Positions 25,642 to 35,460 of a stretch of 64,000 bases of DNA are shown here, in pieces. Below the pieces are notes generated by a model that was not told where the DNA came from, did no database searches, and saw only the letters and a list, made by a program, of their open reading frames with translations. Origin of the DNA: a virus (lineage: Duplodnaviria > Caudoviricetes). The DNA is taken from positions 1 through 64,000 of the IMG/VR virus record IMGVR_UViG_3300003375_000001, one strand, 5' to 3'. The position numbers were made by a program, and so were the translations under genes. Position 1 is the first letter of the stretch, and every line of letters begins with the position of its first letter.

Positions 25642-26812
25642 CACGTACTCTACCTTTCCAACCTTTTCAGTCGGCGGCTTATGTCGCTTGTGTGGTAAAA
25701 CGAACCTGGAGCACCCAAATGGAAAATGCCCCGATAGTAGACAGGAACCGGGGTCTGGGGAAAGTCATAAGAGCTTTACGCAAGTCTTCAGGCCTAACCC
25801 AATCCCAGTTAGCTCAGCTGGCCGGCCTGGAGAGAACGAGCATTTGCAACATAGAACGGGGGCGCCAGATGCTGACAGTGGAGTCAATAAATTCCATAGC
25901 AGCCGCGATGGGATACATAGTGAAGGTGAAGTTTCAAAAGAAAGAGACTTCCGAACTCAAATTCCCGACGTTAACTTCGTGAAGCTTAAGGCTTTGTGCG
26001 AAGGCCTTGAAATTCCAAACGTTCCCGAGGCGTTTGACACGCTTACCGTTGACCAGTTCAAAACGTTAGGTCAAATGATAGCGCAAAGAGCTAGAAAAGT
26101 AGACGCCAGTATGGCCGCAATGACCGACATGTGCAACCTAGGCCATAAGTTTTCTTTCTTGCCTGATCATCCTGTTGACGCGGGCGGCCAGCGTAGATGT
26201 CCGCACTGTCTTGTTGCGAGGCTATCGGAGGTTAGTAGTGATAAACACCGAGGTCTGTCACTTTTGCCTTCATACAAAAGCCACACATACGGTGAAGGCG
26301 AAAACCGTCTTAAGTGTGTAGTATGTGGTATGAGTAGCCCCTGGACTGAAACCCTTCAACCTTACTGCTACGGACCTCCAAACCACTCATACTCAGAAGG
26401 CTTTACTTTTTCACCAACTCCTGAGACAGAAACTCTTTTATTTATACCTGAGGATAAGTCGGTAGTCAACCCAACACCAGAAGTAGTTGCGTACTTATTT
26501 CAGTGCAAAAGGCCCGGTATTAGCAAGGAGTACGCCACCGTAGACCCCGACGCCACCGAGCACTACCCCATAGACGAATGGAAGCAGGTTGTTAGAAAAG
26601 ACTTGGTTACCTTCGACTCCGCGGTCAGGTTTAACACTTTGCCGTATCAAGGCGACGATGAGGACTTTGATAACGCTACCCAATTGGTTGAAACGCTTCG
26701 GCAATCCGAGACTAATGGCTCAGGACTATCTGACGTGTTGAAATATCGCCTGGCAGTTATATCTAAAGACAGGCAGTTGTGTCTAACCTTTCCTAACAAG
26801 GACGAAACATGA
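25631..26812 (+). CDS. Cys/His-rich hypothetical protein (overlaps the HTH gene)
   Basis: CxxC..H...C, C..H...H...CPHC and H...CVVC motifs; true start uncertain (25631 or GTG 25979). Confidence 0.55.
   Translation: MISDTYSTFPTFSVGGLCRLCGKTNLEHPNGKCPDSRQEPGSGESHKSFTQVFRPNPIPVSSAGRPGENEHLQHRTGAPDADSGVNKFHSSRDGIHSEGEVSKERDFRTQIPDVNFVKLKALCEGLEIPNVPEAFDTLTVDQFKTLGQMIAQRARKVDASMAAMTDMCNLGHKFSFLPDHPVDAGGQRRCPHCLVARLSEVSSDKHRGLSLLPSYKSHTYGEGENRLKCVVCGMSSPWTETLQPYCYGPPNHSYSEGFTFSPTPETETLLFIPEDKSVVNPTPEVVAYLFQCKRPGISKEYATVDPDATEHYPIDEWKQVVRKDLVTFDSAVRFNTLPYQGDDEDFDNATQLVETLRQSETNGSGLSDVLKYRLAVISKDRQLCLTFPNKDET
25719..25982 (+). CDS. XRE/Cro-C1 HTH transcriptional regulator
   Basis: LGKVIRALRKSSGLTQSQLAQLAGLERTSICNIERG; GGAG RBS. 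Confidence 0.9.
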   Translation: MENAPIVDRNRGLGKVIRALRKSSGLTQSQLAQLAGLERTSICNIERGRQMLTVESINSIAAAMGYIVKVKFQKKETSELKFPTLTS

Positions 26813-27093
26813 GCAACGAACTTATAATCGGTACATGTAGCCTTTGCGGTGGACCGGTGTCTGTACCCCAAGTATACATGAGCATAATTCCACCCACACC
26901 TAGGTGTAAGAGCTGCGGGGCTATATCTGCTCAACAGCATGGGCCTACCATTCCCATGGTGAAGCCTATAGCGTCACCTGGACAGCGGGCCCTTCGGTTT
27001 TGCACAAACACTTCAAGACAGGAAGACACAATAAGGTTCACTACTGACGGTGTTGAACGCTTTAGTAACGGGTCTACCTCAGAAAACAGTTAA
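26809..27093 (+). CDS. small Zn-ribbon protein
   Basis: CSLCGG...CKSCGA. Confidence 0.65.
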   Translation: MSNELIIGTCSLCGGPVSVPQVYMSIIPPTPRCKSCGAISAQQHGPTIPMVKPIASPGQRALRFCTNTSRQEDTIRFTTDGVERFSNGSTSENS

Positions 27094-27370
27094 GGCTCTA
27101 TTGCTATATTCCCCTCGAAGCACCACATTTTCATATATCGCGTGGGCTTGCTCGCCGGGGGTCTCTTCCTTTCAAACTTAGGTCTGTTCTTATAGCGTCA
27201 TTCATGTTCCTCGCTTGTGTCCTCGCTATACGAATGCTTCCATTAAGCCTGTGATGTGTGTTGACCAACACGTAGTACATCACGGGCTTTCTTTTTACCT
27301 GCACCCTCCCAGCAAGCGCAATGCTTGTTACCCGGTTTCTACCTGAAATCGGCACCCCTCTGGAGGTCGT

Positions 27371-30259
27371 GTGCTTTTCATCTTAACTGACGCTGGCTCT
27401 GCCTACCTAGCACAGAACCCTGTTGCGCCTGCATTACCTGCTTTCAAGCTGGGTCAATCCTACGGTTATACGCCTGTCTCCTCAGTAACGGCTCTTACTG
27501 GTAACATCGTGTACACTGGTGCACCTAGCGCGCCTAGTGTTCAAAGCACCAACCTGTTGCGTTATTCAATAGTGTTGGACAACAGTATTGGCCCCTTCTC
27601 TTTTGGAGAAGCAGGTCTATACTTGCCTGATGGCACTTTGTTTGCTATAGGCGTTAATTCTGTTCCTCTGTTTAAGACCACAACAGCCGGCTTTGCAGGC
27701 AACTACCTGTCTATAGACTGCTACATACCCACAGACACAAACGTTAGAGCTGCTTACGCTTCGATAGTTAATTCGAGTGCGCAACTAACTGTACCTAATG
27801 TTTTTTCTGTTGACTCTCTTCCTCCTGCTACAAATACTCCGTCTAACGCGTATGTAGTTCCTAGTCCTGACGGATCTGGCGCTAATCTACTAGCTGTTGC
27901 TTCCTCGACTAGCTGGACTATAAACGGATTCTCTACGCTAGTGGCTACGGGCACAACGTCTTCGGATACACCTTCAGGCTCTACCATTAACGTAGCCTGG
28001 ACATCTTCCGTTCCAGTTGTACCCACGGCTTCTGGTCAGTACGTCCTGCAATTCTTGACAGGTCCTGTAGCCGGTGTACTACGCATTCTTAATACAACAG
28101 GCTCGACTACTGTTCAACTCGCTTCAGGCCTACTTATTGACGTTCCAAGTGGCACCTCGTTTGCCATATATAGTGCATCTCAGTTGCCTGGAGTAGCTAC
28201 GTCTTTTCTATCAGGTCTCAACCCTGCTTTGACGGCTAGCGAAGTTAATGCCTTACACGGAGTAGACCTTACTACATTCGTAAAGAAGGACGGTAGTGTT
28301 ATACTTTCTGGGCCTCTGAACTTCAACTATAACAAGATAACCAATCTTGCTTACCCCGTCAACCCAAATGACGGTGTTAACCTTCAGGCCTTAACTGACT
28401 TCACCCAAGCAGTATCAAATACTCTGGGTACCTTTAGCACACGCCTAGGTAACCTTGAGTCTACGGCTTTACTTAAGACAGGCGTTAACGCTCTTACCGG
28501 TAATCTTATTGCTGGCGGTAATAAAATAACCAGCCTGGCTAACGGTGTAGCCGTAGGAGACGCCGCAACATGGGGTCAAGTTCAAAGCCTAGTGTCGACG
28601 ACACTGACGACTGGTGTCGTCAGTGTATCTAATTTGGCAGACGCTACTACTCTAACCAAAGGCGTATCTCTAGTAGGTGGCGCTATTAGGTGTTTGGACA
28701 GTATTGCACAGCTTAGACAAGCACCACACACCGGTTCGCCGCGTATATTCGTGTCTGGATACTACTACCAAGGTGACGGCGGTGGCGGTTTCTACTACTT
28801 GGATCCTGTAGACACTACCAGTACAGACAACGGTGGCTCTATAATTGTAGCAACAGATGGTAGTCGTTGGAAACTTGTTTTAAGTGCGGTTACCAGTGCA
28901 AAACAATTTGGGGCTAAGGGTGACGGTTCGGCTAACGATACTACAGCCATTCAAGCTGCCGTTACTTGGGCCGGGCAGGCAGGTTCGGAAATTTATGTAC
29001 CGGCTGGCCTTTACCTACTTACCGCAACTATAAACGTACCAAGAAATGTTACGCTGCGAGGACAGGGCACGCCTATGCCTGTCGCAGGATATAACCCTAC
29101 GTTGCAAAAATCAGGCGTGGTCTTTGTAAAAAATCACACCAGTAGCTGTATTTCTGTAGTAGGCTCGGGTGCATATTCTGAAGGTGCTGGTATATACAAC
29201 ATTACCGTCATAAGCAACACTACGATCTATTCTACAGGCGACGGCTTTGTAATTGATCAAGTCGGTAGCTATGTAGTAGAGCAGTGCAACGTGTGGTCTT
29301 GTGGAGGTAACGGCTTTTCCATCGGAGTATCTGCTGGAGACGTAACAGGTCAACTTCAACTGCGCAACCTCTATGTAAATAACTGCAGCGGCAATGCTTA
29401 TTATAACCGCAGCAAATGGCTACGTGCTTACAACTTAAAGAGCGATGGCTGTGCGTGGGGTTTGTTTAATCAGGACGCGGGCGAGGGGCTCGTGGATGGC
29501 TTTCACTTTGAAGGCTTTTCTGTAGGCGGTATACGCTTTGCAGGTGCTAGCGGGTCAAACGTACTACAAAAAGGCTTTGTAGCTTTAACTAACGCAGCCT
29601 CGTTGTACGGGGTACATTCCGATGCTGTGTCTGGCAACTCGGTTAATACCATAGACAACTCTCACTTCGTAGGTAGATCTGGCTCTGGTGTTGTTGCTAT
29701 CGACCTAACTTCCTCGGCTTGGGACACTAGAGTCTCCAAGTGCCTTATAGAGAGTTTTCCCGTTGGCGTTAACAACAACGGGCCTCAAAACACAAGCATT
29801 ACTGATACCATCTTTAACGCTTGCGCTCTGCCTATTTATGAGAATGGTACAGGAACTCGTATTAGAGGCTGTACTACTACAGGAACCACCGGTTCCTACT
29901 CAATAGATCATGAAGGCGGTGGCAGTGGGGTATGGACTGACAATGTACTGGATGCGCCTATTCATCCAGGTGTATACGGTGGCTCTCAAGGTAACTTCGG
30001 TACCAATGTTGTAAAAGCAAACGTAGGATTTAAAACCTTTGCTAGTGGGACTACCGCAGCCATAGCTTCTGGCGTACCTTTTGCCCACGGTTTGAATACT
30101 ACGCCTGCTACCGTGTTTGTGGCACCTGTATACCCCTATAGTATTCCAACAGCCATGACTATAAATTATGACGGTACTAACATAACTATAGCCTGGACTG
30201 GCGGGGGTGTTGTGCAATTTAACTGGCAAGCTTCCTCCGTATGTGCTAATCAAGGATAA
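27371..30259 (+). CDS. baseplate-anchored tail fibre/spike with beta-helix (pectate-lyase-like) domain
   Basis: tail-fibre-type N-terminus, GYYYQGDGGGG...DNGG..RW spike-head motif, QFGAKGDGSANDTTAIQAA; GTG start with GGAGG. Confidence 0.85.
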   Translation: MLFILTDAGSAYLAQNPVAPALPAFKLGQSYGYTPVSSVTALTGNIVYTGAPSAPSVQSTNLLRYSIVLDNSIGPFSFGEAGLYLPDGTLFAIGVNSVPLFKTTTAGFAGNYLSIDCYIPTDTNVRAAYASIVNSSAQLTVPNVFSVDSLPPATNTPSNAYVVPSPDGSGANLLAVASSTSWTINGFSTLVATGTTSSDTPSGSTINVAWTSSVPVVPTASGQYVLQFLTGPVAGVLRILNTTGSTTVQLASGLLIDVPSGTSFAIYSASQLPGVATSFLSGLNPALTASEVNALHGVDLTTFVKKDGSVILSGPLNFNYNKITNLAYPVNPNDGVNLQALTDFTQAVSNTLGTFSTRLGNLESTALLKTGVNALTGNLIAGGNKITSLANGVAVGDAATWGQVQSLVSTTLTTGVVSVSNLADATTLTKGVSLVGGAIRCLDSIAQLRQAPHTGSPRIFVSGYYYQGDGGGGFYYLDPVDTTSTDNGGSIIVATDGSRWKLVLSAVTSAKQFGAKGDGSANDTTAIQAAVTWAGQAGSEIYVPAGLYLLTATINVPRNVTLRGQGTPMPVAGYNPTLQKSGVVFVKNHTSSCISVVGSGAYSEGAGIYNITVISNTTIYSTGDGFVIDQVGSYVVEQCNVWSCGGNGFSIGVSAGDVTGQLQLRNLYVNNCSGNAYYNRSKWLRAYNLKSDGCAWGLFNQDAGEGLVDGFHFEGFSVGGIRFAGASGSNVLQKGFVALTNAASLYGVHSDAVSGNSVNTIDNSHFVGRSGSGVVAIDLTSSAWDTRVSKCLIESFPVGVNNNGPQNTSITDTIFNACALPIYENGTGTRIRGCTTTGTTGSYSIDHEGGGSGVWTDNVLDAPIHPGVYGGSQGNFGTNVVKANVGFKTFASGTTAAIASGVPFAHGLNTTPATVFVAPVYPYSIPTAMTINYDGTNITIAWTGGGVVQFNWQASSVCANQG

Positions 30260-30264
30260 TCAGT

Positions 30265-30660
30265 ATGAACACCCTAAACGCACTAACCTCCCTTCTCCTT
30301 TTTAGTAATCTTGCCTTTCACGTTAGGCACTTCAATGCTAAGTCTCATGCAGTCCATATAGTTCTACAGGAAGCTTACGAACTGTGTGAGGACTTTGCTG
30401 ACGACATAGGGGAACAGTTTCTAGCACTTAACCCACAAGAGAAAGTTGTTCCTAACTACTACTTAGCTCCCGGCCTAGCGAAAAGTCTTGAAAGTCAGGA
30501 CGACATTGACGCACTGGCTTCACTTATAAACAAGGTCATTGTTATTCACGAAGGCTTAAAGGTTAACAATGCACCGGCATCCGTTATCAACATCGTAGAA
30601 GCTCGTTTGTCTCAGCTAAATCAAACCCTGTATCGTCTTCGTCTTGCTTACGAGGTATAA
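30265..30660 (+). CDS. ferritin/Dps-like four-helix-bundle protein
   Basis: H..HFN.....H..L.E.YE......D.I.E pattern. Confidence 0.65.
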   Translation: MNTLNALTSLLLFSNLAFHVRHFNAKSHAVHIVLQEAYELCEDFADDIGEQFLALNPQEKVVPNYYLAPGLAKSLESQDDIDALASLINKVIVIHEGLKVNNAPASVINIVEARLSQLNQTLYRLRLAYEV

Positions 30661-30663
30661 CCT

Positions 30664-31713
30664 ATGTTTTTCATTCTCACTACTGTAGGTGAAGCCGCTG
30701 TCCTTGCTTCACCTACACCCCCTGTCCTTTCTGCTTACTCGTTTGGCTCTGGCTTCAACTACACACCGGTTAGTAGCCAAACTGCTTTGAACGGAACGGC
30801 TGTCTATAGCGGTACTCCTGCTTTGCCGGTAGCTGCAGGACCTAACCTGCTTAGATACACGGTAGTCGTTGATAGTACCGTAGGCAATTTCTCTTACGGT
30901 GAACTGGGTCTGTACCTCCCCGGTGGTCAGCTATTCGCTATAGGCGCCCAGTCTGCTCTTACCTATAAGAACACAGGCAATGGTAACAACCTCGTTATAG
31001 ATTGTTATGTACCAGTAGTAGGCGCTAACTACAATGCCTATACTTCTATAGCCAACTCTGCCATCGCGCTTAACGTTCTGGCTGCCGGGTCTATAGACTC
31101 TCTTCCTCAAGCGTCCTTAGCACAGACTAACATTTTCATTGTGCCCTCGCGCGTTAATCCTAACGTCGCTTCTCTAGTCGCTAGCGTAGTAAATGGGCTA
31201 TGGTCACTCCAAGGCTACAACGACTACGCTTCTTCAGGCGCGGCTACGTCTTCCGGTACAACCGTTACTGTGTCTAGCTGGACCACACCGGCTCCGGCAA
31301 CACCGTCGTTCGCTGGTCAGCTCGTGCTTCAGTCTAAGGACGGTCCTAACGCAGGTTCACTGCGAGTCATTCAGTCTATTTCAGGTAATACCATAACACT
31401 TGAGAACCCCTTTTCAACGGGATTGCAAGCAGGTAATACTTTTGAGATAAAGGCCTTTACGCCTACGCTGGCTCAGCTTGGTACAAAACAAGATGCTCTT
31501 AGGGACGCTACAGGTGCTCCTCTTGCAGGCAATTCTGAGGTTCCTACTGTAACTCAGTTGACCTCTCTTATAGCTACTGCAATAGCAAGTTTGCCTGCGG
31601 GCAACATAACAGGTTTAGCTACCGCAATGACTACTGTGTCCGTAGGTAACAGTGCGTTTCCTAGGCTAACAAACGCATTCGGTCAGGCTATCGTCCGAGC
31701 GTTGCCCACCTAA
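30664..31713 (+). CDS. short paralog of the tail-fibre anchor protein
   Basis: N-terminal ~270 aa co-linear with 27371-30259 (FILT..G, YTPVSS.TAL.G, NLLRY, GE.GLYLP.G.LFAIG, IDCY). Confidence 0.8.
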   Translation: MFFILTTVGEAAVLASPTPPVLSAYSFGSGFNYTPVSSQTALNGTAVYSGTPALPVAAGPNLLRYTVVVDSTVGNFSYGELGLYLPGGQLFAIGAQSALTYKNTGNGNNLVIDCYVPVVGANYNAYTSIANSAIALNVLAAGSIDSLPQASLAQTNIFIVPSRVNPNVASLVASVVNGLWSLQGYNDYASSGAATSSGTTVTVSSWTTPAPATPSFAGQLVLQSKDGPNAGSLRVIQSISGNTITLENPFSTGLQAGNTFEIKAFTPTLAQLGTKQDALRDATGAPLAGNSEVPTVTQLTSLIATAIASLPAGNITGLATAMTTVSVGNSAFPRLTNAFGQAIVRALPT

Positions 31714-31741
31714 TCTCATAACTAATCAGGAAGACACCTTT

Positions 31742-32038
31742 ATGAGTATGACCGCCACTTTCGACTTTACCAGCCTAGTGCAAGGCGTGATAGGATTGTT
31801 CTTGATCCTCATGGGCTTTCTACTTAATGAAATGTGGACTCATATAAAGAACAACAAGAAATCTGCCGATGAGTCCTTGTCTTCATTGGTAGAGGCCTTG
31901 AATGCCACCCAGTTAGAGCTGGCAAAGAACTACGTTAGTTATGACCGCTTCCAAGAAGTTCGCAAAGAGATTCTTGCTGTCATGCACCAGATAGAAGATA
32001 AGATAGATAATCTTCGAAACAATCACGGAAACCACTGA
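31742..32038 (+). CDS. single-TM coiled-coil protein (lysis-cassette associated)
   Basis: N-terminal TM; position upstream of holin-like gene and endolysin. Confidence 0.6.
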   Translation: MSMTATFDFTSLVQGVIGLFLILMGFLLNEMWTHIKNNKKSADESLSSLVEALNATQLELAKNYVSYDRFQEVRKEILAVMHQIEDKIDNLRNNHGNH

Positions 32039-32048
32039 AAGGAAAATC

Positions 32049-32348
32049 ATGTCTGATGACAACACTACAGTTACCCCAGCTCCTGCTGTGGAAGATACAG
32101 ATACTAAGGTATCCAAAGCCATTCAGTACCTTATAGACCGTTCTACTGAAGCCTCTTCTGTTCGGGGTTTCGTTGGCGCTCTAACTCTGGTCGCTGGCCT
32201 AGTAGTTAAACCTGACCGCCTTGACGCCGTGGCTATGACCGCTGCAGGAGTAAGTGCTTTCTTAAAGGTCGCTCTTCCTGACGACCTGACTCCTATTGTC
32301 AAGTCTGTGCGCTCCTTCTTCTCTAATATATTCTCCAAGAAGGCCTAA
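32049..32348 (+). CDS. putative holin
   Basis: RSTEASSVRG followed by two hydrophobic helices; immediately upstream of endolysin. Confidence 0.55.
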   Translation: MSDDNTTVTPAPAVEDTDTKVSKAIQYLIDRSTEASSVRGFVGALTLVAGLVVKPDRLDAVAMTAAGVSAFLKVALPDDLTPIVKSVRSFFSNIFSKKA

Positions 32349-32351
32349 GCT

Positions 32352-32960
32352 ATGCTAGACCTCAAGTCAGCCTTGGCCAGTCTTCACGTAGGTGATAACG
32401 TTGCCAATGAGTTTATACCAGTTCTTGCACCTGCACTCGCTCTTAACGACTTGGACTCTGACTTGAGAATAGCCGCGTTTCTGTCCCAAGCTGCTTATGA
32501 GAGTAGGTACTTCACTGTGTTGGAAGAGAACCTCTATTACACAACAGCCTCCGTTCTTGCTGACGTGTTTGCTGTAGGTCGTGACCCTAATCTAGCTCCT
32601 AGCCTCCTCCGTAACCCTCAAAAACTGGCTAACTTTGCTTATGCAAACAGAGGAGGTAACGGAGATGCTAACTCTGGGGACGGTTGGAAGTACAGGGGGC
32701 GGGGCCTCTTTCAGCTAACGTTCAAAAACAACTATGCTAAGGCTGCCAATGACTTAGGTCTGCCTTTAGTAGACAACCCCGATCTCGTAGCTCAGCCTGA
32801 CGGCGCAGTTACTACCGCTATCCACTACTGGATGAGTAATAACTTGAATGCCTTGGCTGACAAGAAAGACATAGCTGGCATAACGCGTGCAATAAATGGG
32901 CCTAGCGAAGAAGGTCTTGCACAGCGCCTTGCTCTATACCGTAACCTAATTCCTAATTGA
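32352..32960 (+). CDS. glycoside hydrolase family 19 endolysin
   Basis: AAFLSQAAYES..F..LEENLYY, YANRGGNG...GDGWKYRGRGLFQLT..NNY, ITRAING. Confidence 0.92.
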   Translation: MLDLKSALASLHVGDNVANEFIPVLAPALALNDLDSDLRIAAFLSQAAYESRYFTVLEENLYYTTASVLADVFAVGRDPNLAPSLLRNPQKLANFAYANRGGNGDANSGDGWKYRGRGLFQLTFKNNYAKAANDLGLPLVDNPDLVAQPDGAVTTAIHYWMSNNLNALADKKDIAGITRAINGPSEEGLAQRLALYRNLIPN

Positions 32961-32974
32961 CTCTAGGGGTAACA

Positions 32975-33829
32975 ATGACTGATTTTGCTGTCGTAACCCC
33001 GGGTGACCTAAGCACTGATTTTGAGCTTGGTACCCGTATAACAAACAAGGTGTCGGTTGCGCTTGCGACCTCCACAACTTATGGTCTTGTAACCCTGGCG
33101 CAGATCGCGTCTATCGCGTCTAGCAACCCAGGCTCTGCTGCCACTACAACCACCTTAGGCACAGTAAAAATTGGCTCTGGCCTATCTATAGTGGCCGGTC
33201 TCCTTTCTTTGAACGCAGGTGCCATCGCCCTTACAGGTGGCTCGATTAACGGCGTAACAATTGGGGCCAGCAATCCTGAGCCTGGCAACTTCACTACTCT
33301 TACGTCTACAGGTCTTTCTAACCTGGCTAGTATTACCACCGGTTCTCTAACTACCACTTCGTTTACATCAACGGGGTCTGTAAACCTGGCGGCGGTAACT
33401 GTCACAGGAGCGGCAAGTCTACTGGGTAACGTTGTCCTGTGTGATAACACTACACATACGCTTATAGTGAATGGAGGTTCGACCTTCAACACTGATATAA
33501 CGTATGCTGGTAATCTCATATCCTCTTCTATAGGATCTCTGCAACTGCCACAAGGCTCAAGTGCTCAGAGGTTTGGCGGTCCTGGTAGTATTCGCCTCAA
33601 TACTACTCTTAGCGGATTTGAAGGCACCGTAGACGGATCTGTATGGTCGTCACTGAGTGGTGGTCCTACGGGCGGAGGTACAGATAAGATTTTTGAGTTG
33701 AACGGACAGACTATCACCACAAACTACACACTACCTTCGGGAAAGAACGCTGTTACAGCTGGACCTGTTACTATCAATAACGGTATAACTGTTATCGTTC
33801 CTACTGGCCAGGGCTGGTCTGTTGTTTGA
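32975..33829 (+). CDS. tail fibre adaptor-like structural protein
   Basis: Thr/Gly/Ser-rich; C-terminal GGGTDKIF..N.QTITTNYT...KNAVTAGPVTI..G.TV.VP.GQ.WSVV. Confidence 0.7.
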   Translation: MTDFAVVTPGDLSTDFELGTRITNKVSVALATSTTYGLVTLAQIASIASSNPGSAATTTTLGTVKIGSGLSIVAGLLSLNAGAIALTGGSINGVTIGASNPEPGNFTTLTSTGLSNLASITTGSLTTTSFTSTGSVNLAAVTVTGAASLLGNVVLCDNTTHTLIVNGGSTFNTDITYAGNLISSSIGSLQLPQGSSAQRFGGPGSIRLNTTLSGFEGTVDGSVWSSLSGGPTGGGTDKIFELNGQTITTNYTLPSGKNAVTAGPVTINNGITVIVPTGQGWSVV

Positions 33830-33843
33830 TAGAGGACTTATAA

Positions 33844-34848
33844 ATGTCAACACTAACCGTAACCAACATTACAGACGCGCTCAACGCAGGTGTATACTTT
33901 CCTATTCCACCTCGTACGCCTACGCCGTCCCCTACGGACAATTCTATGTCTGTCGCTACTACCGCCTTTGTCACAGCAGCCATTGCGGCCTCGGCCGTAG
34001 TAGGTTTTCCAATTACCATAGGTAGTACGTCAATTGCAGGGGGGTCAAGCCATTCTGCTTTTTCAGGTTTAGCCCTGAACAACACGACCATAGGGGTGAC
34101 AACACCAGCGGCTGGAGCTTTCACAACCCTGTCCTGCACATCAACGGCTAACCTATCTAATACGTCTGTGTTGTCCCTTACCACTAATGGGCTTATAGCT
34201 AATGGCGGTCACGTAAACAACACGTCAATAGGCGATATTACCCCAGCGCCTGGGGCCTTCACTACCCTGACAACATCAGGCACCGTCAACATGACGGCAA
34301 GTACTGTAACCGTACCTACTGCGTCTCCTGGTACGGTGTCTACCGTAGTGGCTAGCACCGCATTTGTTTCTACTGCTATAGCTTCCGTGTCCTCAACTTT
34401 CATAGCCACTGCTGCTCCACCTGGTGCAGTGTGCCTATTTGCTATGCAGGTTACTACAGCCGCGCCTTCTGGTTGGCTCAAGTGTAATGGCGCCTCTGTA
34501 TTACAAACAGATTTTCCAAGCCTTTACGCTGTTATTGGCGCTATGTTTGGTGGGAATAGCACTCACTTCACAATCCCCGATTTACGTGGTCAGTTCTTGC
34601 GGTGCTTTGACGATGGCTTAGGAGTCGATGCTGGTCGTACAATTGGGTCCTATCAAGGCTTCCAACTTACAGGTCACAATCACAGTTTTTCTCAATGGTC
34701 TGACTTTGGTGGTGCTAACGGTGGCGTGGCTTCTGGTTACTCCGGATCGTACCAAGGAACTGTATACACGTCTGGCGCGGGCGGAACGTCAAACGGAAAT
34801 GAAACGCGGCCAATAAACGTTGCGTTGCTTGCTTGCATTAAGTACTAA
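33844..34848 (+). CDS. tail fibre with phage tail-collar domain
   Basis: PPGAVCLFA...PSGWLKCNGA...FP.LYAVIG..FG...F.IPDLRGQFLR; ETRPINVAL..CIKY. Confidence 0.9.
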   Translation: MSTLTVTNITDALNAGVYFPIPPRTPTPSPTDNSMSVATTAFVTAAIAASAVVGFPITIGSTSIAGGSSHSAFSGLALNNTTIGVTTPAAGAFTTLSCTSTANLSNTSVLSLTTNGLIANGGHVNNTSIGDITPAPGAFTTLTTSGTVNMTASTVTVPTASPGTVSTVVASTAFVSTAIASVSSTFIATAAPPGAVCLFAMQVTTAAPSGWLKCNGASVLQTDFPSLYAVIGAMFGGNSTHFTIPDLRGQFLRCFDDGLGVDAGRTIGSYQGFQLTGHNHSFSQWSDFGGANGGVASGYSGSYQGTVYTSGAGGTSNGNETRPINVALLACIKY

Positions 34849-34861
34849 GAAGGAGTAAAAC

Positions 34862-35458
34862 ATGCCCACACAACAAGTTTATCAAACGGATAGTGAAGGC
34901 TACTACGCAGGTACTACTTACGCGGACGAAAACCCCGTACGTCCAGGTACTTTTATCATGCCAGGCGGGTCTTACGCCGACGCACCTGATCTTACCGCGC
35001 TGCAGCCTTATCAGATATATCAACGTAGTGCTGATGGCAATAGTTGGACTATTGTTCCTAACTATCAAGGTGTTACCTATTGGAATGCTGACGGCACGTC
35101 AGAGACCATAGAAACTAGAGGTACACCTCTGCCAACAGGCGCAAGTTTAACGGAGGTTACTCCTCCACTTACTACAGCCCAAAAGAAGGCTTTATTTGAA
35201 AGTTACGTGCAAGCATACATAGACGCGCCGGCTAAAGCCTGGGGGTATGACAGCGCGGTCTCCTGTATATCCTATATAGGTGACCCCTTCGCACAATTCA
35301 ACGCAGATGGTCTAGCCATGAGAGCTTTTAGATCGTCTTGCTGGACAACAGCCAACGGGATCTATAGCCAGGTTACAGCAGGTACTATTCCTGCGCCTAC
35401 TAAAGACGCTCTATTGGCTATGCTTCCTACAGTACCTACTCAACCAGTGGTGTCTTAA
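34862..35458 (+). CDS. tail fibre assembly chaperone-like protein
   Basis: VYQTD..GYY.G...ADE.P......P; W...P.Y.G..YW; directly after tail-collar fibre. Confidence 0.75.
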   Translation: MPTQQVYQTDSEGYYAGTTYADENPVRPGTFIMPGGSYADAPDLTALQPYQIYQRSADGNSWTIVPNYQGVTYWNADGTSETIETRGTPLPTGASLTEVTPPLTTAQKKALFESYVQAYIDAPAKAWGYDSAVSCISYIGDPFAQFNADGLAMRAFRSSCWTTANGIYSQVTAGTIPAPTKDALLAMLPTVPTQPVVS

Positions 35459-35460
35459 CT

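Noticed and set aside
27131-27355. Minus-strand 74-aa ORF before the fibre cluster
   Set aside because: It opposes all neighbours, has no clear RBS and no motif; more likely a 5' leader or promoter region, although not excluded.
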